Part shown: piece after piece, positions 15,230-38,645 of the stretch
How positions within the stretch are numbered: the first letter of the stretch is position 1
Layout of the letters: each line of letters begins with the position of its first letter
Source: Eledone cirrhosa
Lineage: Eukaryota
DNA length: 64,000 nucleotides
Assembly: GCA_964016885.1 (NCBI GenBank)
Contig: OZ024745.1
Coordinates: 85,188,001-85,252,000 of the forward strand
Direction of reading: 5' to 3'
Position numbers and translations under genes: made by a program
The notes under the pieces: model-generated
Told to the model about the DNA's origin: nothing
The model's input: the letters and a program-made list of their open reading frames with translations, nothing else
Databases searched by the model: none

Positions 15230-15726
15230 GTGTATATATGTATATATATGTATATATATGTGTATATATATATATATATGTGTGTGTGTGTATATATATA
15301 TATATGTATATATATATATGTGTATGTATATATATATATATGTATATATATATATGTATATATATATATGTGTATATATATGTAGGCCGAAATTCCGATT
15401 CTCGATCTTTAGCTATTGACCAGTTAATTTCATTGATTTTTTAGTTGATCTTATTGACTGATGAATAGCTCATGTTAATTTTAACCCATCTGTTGAGAAC
15501 TCTAATTCGATATGTGATATATTGTATCTTTACAAATATATACACTGCCGAATTCATTCGCCTAATATAGGGGTTCCCTCCCTTGCTAAACCCCACGTGA
15601 ATTTAGTAACGGGTTCTTCTGTATATTCGAACGAAATGCCTGTTGAGAAAGTGGTTTTCCTCGTTCATCTTTCTGCCAGAAGCCAAATATTTTTTATGTA
15701 CGCTGACGGTAACTGATTTAATAATA

Positions 15727-17360
<1,634 letters not shown>

Positions 17361-17439
17361 GTATATATATGTACATATATATATGTATATATATGTATAT
17401 ATATATATGTATATATATATACAGTATTTTCCGTTGTGT

Positions 17440-19240
<1,801 letters not shown>

Positions 19241-19251
19241 TATATATATTC

Positions 19252-19297
<46 letters not shown>

Positions 19298-19329
19298 GTA
19301 TATATATATATGAATATATATATATATAC

Positions 19330-21215
19330 TCTAATTTTTTATTTTTACCTGCCTCAGCCATCCGGCTGAGGCCATGCTGGGGCACTGCCCTTGTTGCTAC
19401 AGATTTTATCTCCAGTCTGTATAGGTTGGCCACTGGTGTAAGAGGCAGTTGGTTGCTGCTGCGCTTAGGTTTCCCTCGTACCTTGCACTGGGCTCACACG
19501 GGATCCTGGATAACAAGGTGTCGAGATGTTTCTTGAAGACATCCACCTCCACGTCATGCAAATCTCTCAGATCCCTCGGCAGCTTGTTGAAGTGTTGAGG
19601 GCCCTTGAATCCCAGGCTATTGAAATACCTGCTCCTTATTCTAGATGTGGAAGACGGGACATTTGGCACCACGCAGTGACGTCCTGCCAAAGTTTGGTGC
19701 TAGTCCCTCCGGGATTTTCCCCATGTAGATCACTGCGAATCTCTCCCGTCTTCGTTCCAAGGAGTAGAGGTTCAGTTCCTTTAGCCTCTCCCAGTAGCTT
19801 GTCTCCTTCATCGTGGCAATCCTCTTGGCGTAGCTTCGCTGGATTGCCTTGAAAATATGGGGTGACCACAACTGGGAGCAGTAATCCAGGCGGCTTAGGA
19901 CAAATGTCCTCCATAGTGTCAACATGGTGTCTCGATCTCTTGTCCGGAAAGTCCTCAAGATCCACCCAGCGAGTCGTCTGCACATTGTCGCCACTTTCAT
20001 GATGTGTGAAGAAAAAGATGCATCATCGCTCATGTCTATGCCCAGGTCTCGTATCGATTTTGACACGGGGATATCGATCCCTCCTGGTCCTGTGTAGTTG
20101 TGTTCTACTATATTTGTGTTTGCAGGTTTGTTTGGAGGTTTGTATTGTAGGGCTTGTAATTTGCCAGCATTAAACTGCATGTTGTTCTCTTCCGCCCATT
20201 TGTATATGGCATCCAGATCCTGCTGTTAAAGGGGAGCGTCAGCCGGGTTTTTTATTGCCTGTGCTACCTTAGTGTCATCAGCATAGCTAGTGAGGGATGT
20301 TGTTGTATGTACTACAGAGGGCATGTCTGAGAGAGCCACCAAAAACAGTAATGGTCCCAGGACTGTCCCCTGGGGCACCCCACTTGTTATTGGTGTTTCC
20401 TTTGAGAGGGCCCCATTTGCTACGACTGCCTGGCTTCTGTCCTTTCGGAAGTCATGCAGCCACTCACCTACTTTTCCAGTTATGCCGAGTCCGTGTAGTT
20501 TGTGACATATCATTCCGTCGTCGACCTTGTCAAAGGCCTTCGCAAAGTCAAGATAAATCACGTCCACATGTGAGCTTTCTAGTAGTTGTTTCAGTACCCA
20601 GTTGTAGTAATGTAGCAGCTGTGTAAGGCAGCTTCTTCCTGGGCGGAAACCATGTTGCGTGCTAGTCAGGCGGTGATTTTCCTCGAGGAAAGTGATCAGT
20701 TTCTTTCTGACGACTCGCTCCATGACCTTACTGATATGCGATGTCAGGGAGACTGGCCTATAGTTTTTGGCCTCCACTCTGCTACCTCCTTTATGGATAG
20801 GGCATATTGTGCCATCTTTCAGCTCCCTGGGTAGTACACCTCTAGCCAAGGAGCTTCTGAAGAGCATCTCTAGTGGAGTTGCTAAAGCCCGCTTACATAT
20901 TTTTAAGAGAACTGCTGGGAATCCCTCAGGTCCAGCAGCCGAGTCTGTTCTAATTTCATCAATGGCGTACACCACATCCTCCTCCGTTATGTCTATGTGA
21001 TTTATGGTTGCCATTTCTTCATGTAGTGTTGCGGCATCAAAGAACTCTTCTGGTTTCGATATGTGCATGTGCCTCAGTGGAGATGTGAACACACTTTTGT
21101 ACTGTTCGTTCAGTATTTCACATATTTCTTGGGGGTTTTCGGTCAATGAACCGTCCGTATGGAAGAGTGGCCCAATCTTGCAGTGTACTGAGGCAGTTTC
21201 TTTTGCAAGTTTCAT
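19330..21215 (-). mobile_element. CR1-group LINE, 5'-truncated (RT and 3' end)
   Basis: [69 protein letters not shown]; same family as 44813-48457. Confidence 0.92.
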
Positions 21216-21428
21216 ATGTATATATATATGTATATATATATATATATGTATATATATGTATATATATATATGTATATATATATATGTATATATATGTATA
21301 TATATATATGTATATATATGTATATGTATATATATACATGTATATATGTATATATGTATATATATATATATATGTATATATATGTATATATGATATATAT
21401 ATATATGTATACATATGTATATATGTAT

Positions 21429-21513
<85 letters not shown>

Positions 21514-21539
21514 ATATACATATATATGTATATATATAT

Positions 21540-21593
<54 letters not shown>

Positions 21594-21596
<3 letters not shown>

Positions 21597-22573
21597 AGAC
21601 GTAAAATAAGAAAATTATAAAATTAACTTACTTACTAAAATATCACTTCCAACTAATTAGTTTCTGGAATGGAGTAAATATATTTTCCGAAGAATAATAT
21701 GGAGAAGCATTCCGTCGTCAGGAAAGTCTATTCTCATGTAAGTTTCCAGGCAAAGCGAGGACACTGGAAACTTATTAAAAAATAATTCAGTGGATAGGAA
21801 ATAGCGAAGCGTGGATTGAATTCAAAGCCATTGAGAAAATCACTGCCTCTACGTCTGTGGCAAATTCAAAAAGAATCGAACACGTGACATCGAGGTCAAT
21901 CAGTGGAAAGTGGTTTGCTAATAAGACAGCGGCTTGCCTACAACCGTAGCAGCAGTCATGGCCAATATTGCTCGACAAATAATTTGGAGATAATAATAAA
22001 GAATTTATATCTAGTAACATATATATACATACAGATGCATATCAATGCTAGCAAATATATAGGTTTTGTCTTAATAACAGTGTGGTTCAATGCATGGGGT
22101 TGCAGAACAATAATATAAGAGACGTAAAATAAGAAAATTATAAAATTAACTTACTTACTAATTTATAAAATTAACTTACTTACTGAATTTGCCACAGACG
22201 TAGAGGCAGTGATTTTCCCAATGGCTTGGAATTCAGTCCACGCTTCGCTATTTCCTATCCACTGAATTATTTTTTAATAAGTTTCCAGTGTCCTCGCTTT
22301 GCCTGGAAACTTACATGAGAATAGACTTTCCTGACGACGGAATGCTTCTCCATATTATTCTTCGGAAAATATATTTACTCCATTCCAGAAACCAATTAGT
22401 TGGAAGTGATATTTTAGTAAGTAAGTTAATTTTATAATTTTCTTATTTTACGTCTCTTATATTATTGTTCTGCAACCCCATGCATTGAACCACACTGTTA
22501 TTAAGACAAAACCTATATATTTGCTAGCATTGATATGCATCTGTATGTATATATATGTTACTAGATATAAATT

Positions 22574-22580
<7 letters not shown>
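21594..22580. mobile_element. Family B fold-back insert with HHRs at 21645-21727 (minus) and 22325-22407 (plus)
   Basis: Arms are reverse complements; cores CTGACGA; stem II GGAATG/CATTCC. Confidence 0.85.
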
Positions 22581-22649
<69 letters not shown>

Positions 22650-22651
<2 letters not shown>

Positions 22652-23312
22652 GAATTAGTATATGGACTTCTCTATAGTTGCGTTGCGTAACTATATTTAT
22701 TCCCTTACATAAACTAATTAGTTGGAGTGAAAATTTTAGTAAGTAAGTTAATTTTAAAATTTTCTTATTTTACGTCTTTCATATAATTGTTCTGCATCCC
22801 CCTGCATATAACCACAAAGGTACTAAGACATAACATATATATTTGCTAGCATGGGTATACATCTGTATACATATGTTGGTAGATATACTAATTCTCTATA
22901 TTTATCTCCAAATTATTTGTTGAGCAAAACTTGCCAAAATTTACTGCTGTGGTTCATGGTAGTAGTTAGGCTCTTGTCTAAATACCACCCCACTTCTCAC
23001 TGATTAACCTCAGTGTCACGTGATTGATTCTTTAGAATTTGCCACTGACCAAGTTGGCAGTGAATTTTTTCAGTGCCCTGGAATTTAGTCGCCGCTAGCT
23101 TTTTTCCATCCACTGAATTATTATTTTTATATGGATTCCTAGTGTCCGCGCATTGCCTGGGAACTTAGTTGAGAATAGACTCCCTGATGACGTAAGGACT
23201 TCTCTATAGTTGCGTTGCGTAACTATATTTATTCCCTTACAGAAACTAATTAGTTGGAGTGAAAATTTTAGTTAGTAAGTTAATTTTAAAATGTTCTTAT
23301 TTTACGTCTTTC
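22650..23312 (+). mobile_element. Family B diverged tandem copy, 532-bp period, HHR at 23179-23260
   Basis: ACTCC-CTGATGA-cGTAAGG...CCTTACa-GAAA-CTAATTAG-TT-GGAGT; 3' half repeated at 22665-22728. Confidence 0.85.
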
Positions 23313-23340
23313 ATATATATATATATATGTATATATATGT

Positions 23341-23429
<89 letters not shown>

Positions 23430-23525
23430 CATGTATATATATGTATATATATGTATATATATGTATATATATATATATGTATATATATGTATATATATAT
23501 ATATATGTATATATATGTATGTATA

Positions 23526-23558
<33 letters not shown>

Positions 23559-23581
23559 ATATATATGTATATATATGTTTA

Positions 23582-23664
<83 letters not shown>

Positions 23665-23665
23665 G

Positions 23666-23705
<40 letters not shown>

Positions 23706-23707
<2 letters not shown>

Positions 23708-26290
23708 CTCTTTTACTCTTTTACCTGTTTTCAGCCATCCGGCTGAGGCCATGCTGGGGCACCGCCCCTTGTTGCTACACTTTTTATCTCCAGCCTGTAT
23801 AGGTTGGCCACTGGTGTAAGAGGGAGTTTGTTGCTGCTGCCCTTAGGTTTCCCTCGTGTCTTGCTGTGGGCTCAACCGGGATCCTGGATAACAAAGTGTC
23901 GAAATTTTTCTTGAAGACATCCACCTCCACGTCATGCAAATCTCTCAGATCCCTCGGCAGCTTGTTGAAGAGTTGAGGGCCCTTGAATCCCAGGCTATTG
24001 CAATACCTGCTCCTTATTCTAGATGTGGAAGACGGGGACCTTTGGTACCACACAGTGACGTCCTGTTCGACGGTTGGTCAGCTCCCAATGCCAATGTTTG
24101 GTGCAAGTCCTCCAGGATTTTCCCCATGTAGATCACTGCGTATCTCTCCCGTCTTCGTTCCAGGTGGCTTAGGACAAATGTCCTCCATAGTGTCAACATG
24201 GTGTCTCGATCTCTTGTCCGGAAAGTGCTCAAGATCCAGCCAGCGAGTCGTTTGCACATTGTCGCCACTTTCATGATGTGTGAAGAAAAAGATGCATCAT
24301 CGCTCATGTCTATGCCCAGGTCTCGTATCGATATTGACACGGGGATATCGATCCCTCCTGGTCCTGTGTAGTTGTGTTCTACTATATTTGTATTTGCAGG
24401 TTTGTTTGCAGGTTTGTATTGTTGGGCTTGGAATTTGCCAGCATTGAACTGCATGTTGTTTTCTTCCGCCCATTTGTATATGCCATTTCTTCATGTAGTG
24501 TTGTGGCATCAAAGAACTCCCCTGGCTTCGTTATTTGCATGTGCCTCAGTGGACATGTGAACACACTTTTTTACTGTTCGTTCAGTATTTCCCATATCTG
24601 TTGGGGGGTTTTCGGTTAATGAACCGTCCGTATAGAAGAGTGGCCCAATCTCGCAGTAGAATGTTGAGACCCTGGTCCAGTTTGTCAAGGACCTCTTCTA
24701 TCCTACTTAGGCTATCCTCAAATTTACCCTCATGACTGGGGGCTTCGGGCGGCCGATATGTGACACATTACTGTCTGTAGTTGCTTCATATGTACTATCA
24801 GTGTGTCACAGACTGAGTTTGAATGTGTCAACAGTACAATTGGTGTGACATGTTCACGGATATACAGAACAACCCCACCATGAGTTCTCTCCTTCCAGTC
24901 CCGAACGAAATACAGTATATTTCGGTATATGTATTTCTACATCCGTTATACTGCTTGTTCAGGTGCGTTTTCGGTTAGTGCCATGCATAGTGCTTGATTG
25001 CTTATGGCTAAGTCTCCCAGGTAGGAAAATGTACTCATGTACTGAGTTTCACCAGGGCCTCTGACATTCAGCAGCAGCACTGATGTGACTTTTGGGGTGC
25101 CAGTAATGGCTGTCGGTATGACACCTGGTCTTGGTGTCAGCGGCGGCCACTCTGGGTCCCTTAACTGTGATGGTCTCGAGTGCTGGTGTGGATGATCCTG
25201 GGTCTGGAGACGATGCAGCCAGGTCAGCTGTCCCACAATCTTCTCTGCCATCACTAAAAAATGATTCTGCTCTGCTGCTGCCATCTGTATCTCGTCGGCA
25301 TGTGCGTGCCTTCTCCTTGTTGGTGCGGCACGCGCGACATCAGCATACTTATTTCGGCTTTGGCTGGGGCAATGTTGCGCGAGTAGGATGGGCATAGTTC
25401 GTTTGAGACCTAGGGTGGGCGAATCTGCATCCATCCCTGTCTCTCCATGCCAGCATGTCCCATTCTTGAAAAACTTTCACATAACTAGGGTCTTTTGCTC
25501 CCAGTGTCTCGGTGCTTTCTGTTCTTCCTTTGAACAGTTGTCCACTGGTCCCTCTGCGCTTGGTTCTCCTTCGGAAGGTGTTTTCGCTTTTCACCTTTGC
25601 CCTTTGTTTGTTGGTTGCCCGGCTTGCCCTCCCTGACTGTGGCGGAGGGTATCTCATTTTCTTTCAGGTCCGTGCTTGTGCTCTCCTCCTTTTCTTTTTC
25701 TTTCTCTTTCTCCTCACCCTTCTCTTCGGTTTTCGGTTTTCTCCTCCCTGAGGACACGGCTTAGCATCGCCATCTTTTGCTTGGTTGAGACCCATCAGCC
25801 ATGGTCCACACCTTGATCAAAACCGCTAGTTCCATCTTTGACCAGTTTCGCTGACTCCTAATTTCACCTTTTTCCTGTATGTAGTACATTTCGCTGTGGA
25901 GGGAGAAAGAAAGATAGTGGGAAGTATAGGGTAGAGGTTAGAGAGGGGACAGAGGGAGGGAGGGAGATATAAGTCCAGTGAGATATTGAAGGAGCGATTT
26001 AGAGGAAAGAGAGAGAGAGAGCTTGTGCGATCTAGAGAGAGAGAAAAAGAAACAGAAGAAAAGAAAGGGAGAGAGACAGAAGAGAGGAGCGGAGAGAGAT
26101 AGCGGGAAGAGTGGGGGGAAAGGTTAGAGAGAGAGAGAGGAGATAGATAAGTCCGGTGAGAAATTCAAGGTGCGATTTAGTGAGAGAGAGAGGGGGAGAG
26201 CTCGTGTGATCTAGAGAGAGAGAGGGAGGGAAGGAAGGATAGAGATAGAGACAGCGTGAGAAATAGCAATTCAGAAAGTGAGTGAGGAGG
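23706..26290 (-). mobile_element. Internally deleted copy of the CR1-group LINE (3' end, APE start, ORF1-like region, CT-rich leader)
   Basis: Segments match 44813-45910, 46570-46745 and 47545-48457; 5' boundary uncertain. Confidence 0.8.
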
Positions 26291-27039
26291 AGCGGTCAAA
26301 GAGAACTATAAATATTAGTAATAATATCGTTCAAAGAATATTTCGCGATTAAAACACCAAAACAAAGTGAATATCAAATGATATCCACATGAAATATAAA
26401 GGAGACAGAATAAGTTAAGATAAAATAAAAATAAAATAAGATGAATCGAAAATAAATAAATTTTAAATTAATGAATGAATGAAAGAAACCCAAAATGTTA
26501 AAGATATAGAAACACGATGTAAGTTGTATATAAGTTGAATTTAAATGTTTGTTTACAAATATAAATAAGGGAACCGTAATAGATTGACCATAGTTATTGT
26601 AATATCAATATATCAAACAAGAAACAACAAACACACATGCTCACCGAGTCAAAAACAAATAAAATTATATTAAATTAAATTATGTTACTGAGAAAAATCA
26701 AAATAATACAAGATCTACTTAAGTTAAATTAAAATTAAATTACGTATACTCTGTATGGTAGTCAAAGAAAAATAGAAAGCACGTGTGTGTGTTGTTTTTA
26801 GGAGGGTATCACACGGTGAAAATAAAAATGTTTTAAACGCTAATATATGTAAAATATACTTCAAAATAATTGCGTCAAAGCCAAAAAACTTATCTTTTTT
26901 GTATGTTTTCCTTGTCTTCTGAAAAATTAAAAGCCATACATAAACCGATTACTGTCGATTTAAAATATTAAAGTTTCAAATCTGGACGTTCAACAATTCA
27001 CATCCTATACCAACAAGTTGCCAAGCCTATATATATATG

Positions 27040-27074
<35 letters not shown>

Positions 27075-27111
27075 GTATATATGTATATATGTATATATGT
27101 ATATATATGTA

Positions 27112-27180
<69 letters not shown>

Positions 27181-27198
27181 AATATATATATATATAAG

Positions 27199-27229
<31 letters not shown>

Positions 27230-27252
27230 GTATATATATGTATATATATATG

Positions 27253-27284
<32 letters not shown>

Positions 27285-27286
27285 AG

Positions 27287-27321
<35 letters not shown>

Positions 27322-27343
27322 GTATGTATATGTAATATATATG

Positions 27344-27376
<33 letters not shown>

Positions 27377-27377
27377 G

Positions 27378-30700
<3,323 letters not shown>

Positions 30701-30823
30701 TATTCTTTTAACTATATATATATGTATATATATATATGTATATATATATATGTATATATAAATATGTATATATATATATGTGTATATATATATGTATATA
30801 TATATATATGTGTATAATGTATG

Positions 30824-30857
<34 letters not shown>

Positions 30858-30905
30858 TTTATATATATATATATATATATCTATATATATATGTATATAT
30901 ATCTA

Positions 30906-30955
<50 letters not shown>

Positions 30956-31051
30956 TATATGTATATATATATATATATGTATGTATATATATATATATGT
31001 GTATATATATATGTATATATATATATGTGTATATATATATATGTATGTATG

Positions 31052-31085
<34 letters not shown>

Positions 31086-31095
31086 TATACATATG

Positions 31096-31184
<89 letters not shown>

Positions 31185-31211
31185 GTATATATATATATGT
31201 ATATATATGTA

Positions 31212-32091
<880 letters not shown>

Positions 32092-32164
32092 AATATATAT
32101 ATGTATATATATACATATATATATATGTATATGTATATATATGTATATATATGTATATATATAT

Positions 32165-33872
32165 GTGTGGCTGAGAGGGTGAACTGACTAAGCGAATTTC
32201 GTTGAAATTTGCGGTAGCTAATGGTCAACTTCCTTCGGACATGTGCCTGCGCAGACCGGTGGGGGTGAATTGGTACTCACAGGGGAACGGATGCAAAACC
32301 CAAAAGCACGCATTTCATCCGTTCCCATGTCGATTCAATTTGGATTGCCTCGGAAACATAACCTTATTATGTAACAAGCTGTCTGATGATGTCACGACAC
32401 TCGAACACAGAATAGTATGGCCAGTGTGGTCATTGAAATATATATCACAGCATTATTATTAAAGGACTTGAACATCTGAAACTACTTCGCTTTTCGATAT
32501 TTACTCCGTCACTCCTATGTGGAAAAAGTACGTTGAGTGCTTGAATTGAATTGCATCAATATTTACCCTAATAATTTAGCTCCAATTAGTTGTGCGCTCT
32601 ATGATGTAACCGATATGGTGGAGAAGAGAGGAACCAACCATGAGCTTCCCCGGAAATTCCCTCTACCATGGGGATGGAAACCCCTGACACTGGACGGACA
32701 TAATAGTAACTTTCGGCAGGGTAAATACGCGGAAACAAAAAATAAGATAAACCCCTATTTTCCTGTACCAAATCGTATTTGAACAGAAGTCCCCTCAATT
32801 CAATATATGCATTGACAGATTGACAATCATATGGATCATTTTGCATATATGTACTCTGTCTTTTTGCATTTATTCATTATTGGTTTTTTCTTTTGTGTAC
32901 TTTATGTCTGTTTTTCTTTGGTTTTGTTCCATGTGATGGAAATTATGACTGTGTACCAGATTGACTAATGCCTTGAATACTGTAGCTTACCCTCCGTTCT
33001 AATGTACGGCACTGTCGTTCAATATGTGGATAGAGTAACTGTGACACTAGAACCCCTCTCAGAATTCTTACTTAAACATCTCTCTCCATATTATTTACTC
33101 ACTTCAATCTATATTTTTTTACTCACCTCAATCCGAATTCTCACTTGAAACATTTTTTAACTTTTTTATTTCTAATTGTTAATTTTTTAATTGTTTAATT
33201 TATAATTTCTGATATTTGATTTAGGATTTTAATTTTTATTTCCAACTCTCACTCTTAACTTCCAATGTAAAACCATGATACCTAGAATTAAGTTTATTTT
33301 CCCTTATGAGTTTATGGTCAGTCGTACTGTCCACGCTAGGTGAGAGGTAGTATTATGACCTGTAAAAACTAACACTCTCCCATCCCCTCTGGCTTTCGGC
33401 TGACTGCCACAGTCGGGATGGGTAGCCGTCAACTATGGTACAGGCCTAGGTGGGCCATTGTGTGGCTGAGAGGGTGAACTGACTAAGCGAATTTCGTTGA
33501 AATCTGCGGTAGCTAATGGTCAACTTCCTTCGGACATGCGCCTGCGCAGACCGGTGGAGGTGAATTGGTACTCACAGGGGAACGGATGAAAAACCCAAAA
33601 GCACGCATTTCATCCGTTCCCATGTCGATTCAATTTGGATTGCCTCAGAAACATAACCTCATTGTGTAACAAGCTGTCTGATGATGTCACGACACTCGCA
33701 CACAGAACAGTGTGGCCAGTATCGTCATTGAAATATATATCACAGTATTATTATTAAAGGACTTGAACATCTGAAACTACTTAGCTTTTCCTAATTCGAT
33801 ATTTACTCCGTCACTCCTATGTGGAAAAAGTACGTTGAGTGCTTGAATTGAATTGAATCAATGTTTACCCTA

Positions 33873-33873
<1 letters not shown>
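32165..33873 (+). mobile_element. Non-coding element with about 410-bp direct terminal repeats, each with an HHR (32378-32451, 33673-33746)
   Basis: 32165-32572 repeated at 33459-33873; GCTGT-CTGATGA...GAAA-TATATA-TC-ACAGC; no credible ORF inside. Confidence 0.85.
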
Positions 33874-33971
<98 letters not shown>

Positions 33972-34108
33972 GTATATATATATATGTATATATATATGTA
34001 TATGTATATATATATATGTATATATATATATATGTATATATATATATGTATATATATATATGTGTATATATATATATGTATATATATATATATGCATATA
34101 TATATATG

Positions 34109-34139
<31 letters not shown>

Positions 34140-34151
34140 GTATATGTATAT

Positions 34152-34237
<86 letters not shown>

Positions 34238-34244
34238 GTATATG

Positions 34245-34275
<31 letters not shown>

Positions 34276-34422
34276 ATATAAAATATTAAACAAATAATGA
34301 ATAAACAATTCCTTATATTAAACAAAAAAAGTTCATTATTTAACGATCGTTTCTAGGATATATATAGGACACTACCGTAAACTCTTGGTAGATTTATCTA
34401 CATATATATATATATATATATA

Positions 34423-34549
34423 TTGATGATTTCTAAAGAATGAAACAGTTCTAGTCCTGTAGAATCTCATCTATATTAAAACTTTTATACTCTGCTATGT
34501 ATTGAGTACCTTACTTACTGTGGTTACCTCCGATTCAACCCGGAATAAC

Positions 34550-34629
<80 letters not shown>

Positions 34630-34630
34630 G

Positions 34631-34677
<47 letters not shown>

Positions 34678-34793
34678 GTATATATATATATGTATATATA
34701 TATATGTGTATATATATATATGTATATATATATATATGCATATATATATATGTATATATATATATATGTATATATATATATGTATATGTATAT

Positions 34794-34883
<90 letters not shown>

Positions 34884-34884
34884 G

Positions 34885-34923
<39 letters not shown>

Positions 34924-35049
34924 TGATGATTTCTAAAGAATGAAACAGTTCTAGTCCTGTAGAATCTCATCTATATTAAAACTTTCATACTCTGCTATGT
35001 ATTGAGTACCTTACTTACTGTGGTTACCTCCGATTCAACCCGGAATAAC

Positions 35050-35050
<1 letters not shown>
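34423..35050 (+). repeat. Two tandem 128-bp HHR-family fragments (34423-34550, 34923-35050) truncated inside the HHR core
   Basis: TGATGATTTCTAAAGAATGAAACAG...CTGTAGAATC; intact homolog at 60112-60160. Confidence 0.8.
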
Positions 35051-35095
<45 letters not shown>

Positions 35096-35121
35096 GTATA
35101 TATATATATGTATATATATAT

Positions 35122-36132
<1,011 letters not shown>

Positions 36133-36177
36133 ATATATATATATATATATATATATTTGTATATATATATATAAATG

Positions 36178-36302
<125 letters not shown>

Positions 36303-36311
36303 GTATATATG

Positions 36312-36403
<92 letters not shown>

Positions 36404-36407
36404 CATA

Positions 36408-37380
36408 TAGAGTTTTTGGGGTTAAATCCACATCAAGGTTCATTGCTCGCAAAAATGTCTCGTTTTGATTTTGCAGCAGGTCAAGGGAGGTAACTCTGGC
36501 GGGTGTTAGGGCAGTCTTTCCCGGACAATTTTTTTTTTTTTTTGCCGCATCCGTTTGTCTGAGGCTGGGTCTGGTATGCAAGGATTGTTTCCTGGGTGTT
36601 ATTTTGCTGCGCCTGCCCGCCGGGGTGTCAAGACTTGTTGCAGGGGGATCCAGTGTACTGTTTCACTCTTCATCCTTAACCCATCTGAAGAAGGATATTT
36701 TTAAGCGATGTGTACAACTTATCGCTGTTTCAGCTCTGCAGTTGATGAGTTCGTGGGGTGCAGTTATGATGTGGTAGAGTTCCATGAGGCAAAGATCGCA
36801 TTTCCTCTTGAAGTTGTACGATGCAGCCCTGCCGACAATATCCCAGTGCGTGGAGAAGCTGATGTTTAAGTCCTTTAGTGATGTGATGTAGTCCGCGAGC
36901 GAAGTGGAGTGCCTTAGTTTTCTATTTGTGAAAGAGTGGAGATGTGTTCGAAACCTAATTTTGAACGGGCCGGAGGTAGCCCCTATATAATGTTTAACGC
37001 TATTGTGCCTAGTAATAGTGCATCTATATATAACCCTTTCAGTCAAGCAGTATCCTCTAAGGGGGCAGCGTCCTCTGTCGCGGCAGTTGCAATTTCTGTC
37101 GCGGTTCCGTCTATTTCCCACGTTAAGGCTATCATTGTTGCTGCCTACGTTGTTATCTACGCTACCGCAGCTGTCGTTAGCACAATTACAACCCACAGCA
37201 CGCGGGGTGGTGCGATTGTTATTCCGCACGTCATGTTCTGCATGTTCCTCAGTTATTTCGCGGTTATTCTTGTTGCGTCTGCGGATGCCGTTGCCAACAC
37301 TATTGGATGCTGCCAGGGAGTTGTTAAGGCCGATATAGTTATTGTCAGGTGTAGGTGCGTCAGTGTCGAGGTGGTGTTTT
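36408..37380 (-). mobile_element. 5'-truncated Hydra-like PLE (GIY-YIG 36663-37380)
   Basis: CNCRDRGRCPLRGYCLTERVIYRCTI...HYIGATSGPFKIRF...CDLCLME; same family as 63340-64000. Confidence 0.88.
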
Positions 37381-37585
37381 AAATAAACATGTTTTAACGG
37401 TCTATTCTCCGATTTTTTACTTTCCCACGTGCTTACGCTCTGCTAACTCTCTAGCCCACTAAATATTAACACTTCGAATATTTAATACTGCCGGCACTAG
37501 TATCGAGCACCTTTGGCATACGCTACTTGGCAAATAACTATATGTATCACCTATCCCCCCTTTTTTTTCTTTCTCGATACGTAAA

Positions 37586-37644
<59 letters not shown>

Positions 37645-37672
37645 ATCAAAAGATGGTTAAATGAGTTCCATG

Positions 37673-37743
37673 TATTTTATTATGCGCATTTCAAAAACAA
37701 ATATCATCATGCAATAACATTTGTGTTTTCATCAGATAAAATA
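37673..37743 (-). ncRNA. Type I hammerhead ribozyme (3' pLTR)
   Basis: TATTTTAT-CTGATGA...GAAA-TGCGCA-TA-ATAAAATA. Confidence 0.9.
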
Positions 37744-38645
37744 GGAGGACATGATATGAAGGTTAAAAACACTTGTGGATAGTGTAGTTTTAAATGAACA
37801 TATGAAAAGTGTTTTAGATTGATGTGTGATATTGGGGAAAACAATATTTTTGAGAGGAGGGAGGTTGGAAAGGATGAAAAAGAGGAGGAGATGAGAGTAA
37901 AAAGTGGAGGGGGAGGAGTATAATGAGGAAGGATGCGATAGGAGGAGAGATGGCTGATAGAGAGAGAGAGATAGCTTTTATAACTGAGAAAAATATATTG
38001 TTTTACATAGAGAGGTTGAAAAACCGTTGGAAGATAAAAAATAAGGTAAAGTTAAGGTTTGTATATTGAAGGGTTTAATAATATGTGCGATGAAAAGAAA
38101 TTGTTCATATGTATTAAGAATAATATTTAAGGGTTTAATAATATGTGCGATGGAAAGAAAATGTTAATATGTATTAAGAATAATTTTAAGGGTTTAATAA
38201 TATGTGCGATGGAAAGAAAATGTTGATATGTATTATTAAAAAAACAGAAGTAATGTAAGTAAGGATATATTGTGAGATGAGCATGAATAAGTTAGATGAA
38301 AGTGAGAAAAAATAATGAATTGAGGATGAATAATCTAACGTAAAAAAAAAATGTTTATGTTTACGAAGGATTTTTTCAAGGTGATATGAAGTAAGAATAT
38401 AGTGTATTGTGTAATAATTGTTTCTATGTTAGGCACAGTGAGAAAAAGGTACAGCTTAGGGGTTAGAAATTAAAAGAAAAAGAAAAGAAAAGGAAAAGGA
38501 AGAAAGGGGAGTAATGAATAGGAATGATATAGAATATGATAAATAACTTTGAAATAAGGTAGAAAGATGGGTATATTTTTAAAGAAGTATATATATATAT
38601 ATGTGCCTTTGAGAAAAGGATTCTGAATTGATAAAGTTTAGCATA

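Noticed and set aside
15450-15525. CTGATGA motif
   Set aside because: No compatible GAAA/stem III/stem I arrangement found.
32165-33873. LTR retrotransposon/TRIM interpretation
   Set aside because: No clear TG...CA ends, primer-binding site or polypurine tract; HHRs and (TA)n flanks fit pLTR/retrozyme better.
38060-38240. About 58-bp tandem repeats as a CRISPR-like array
   Set aside because: No unique spacers or cas genes; simple tandem duplication inside a pLTR.
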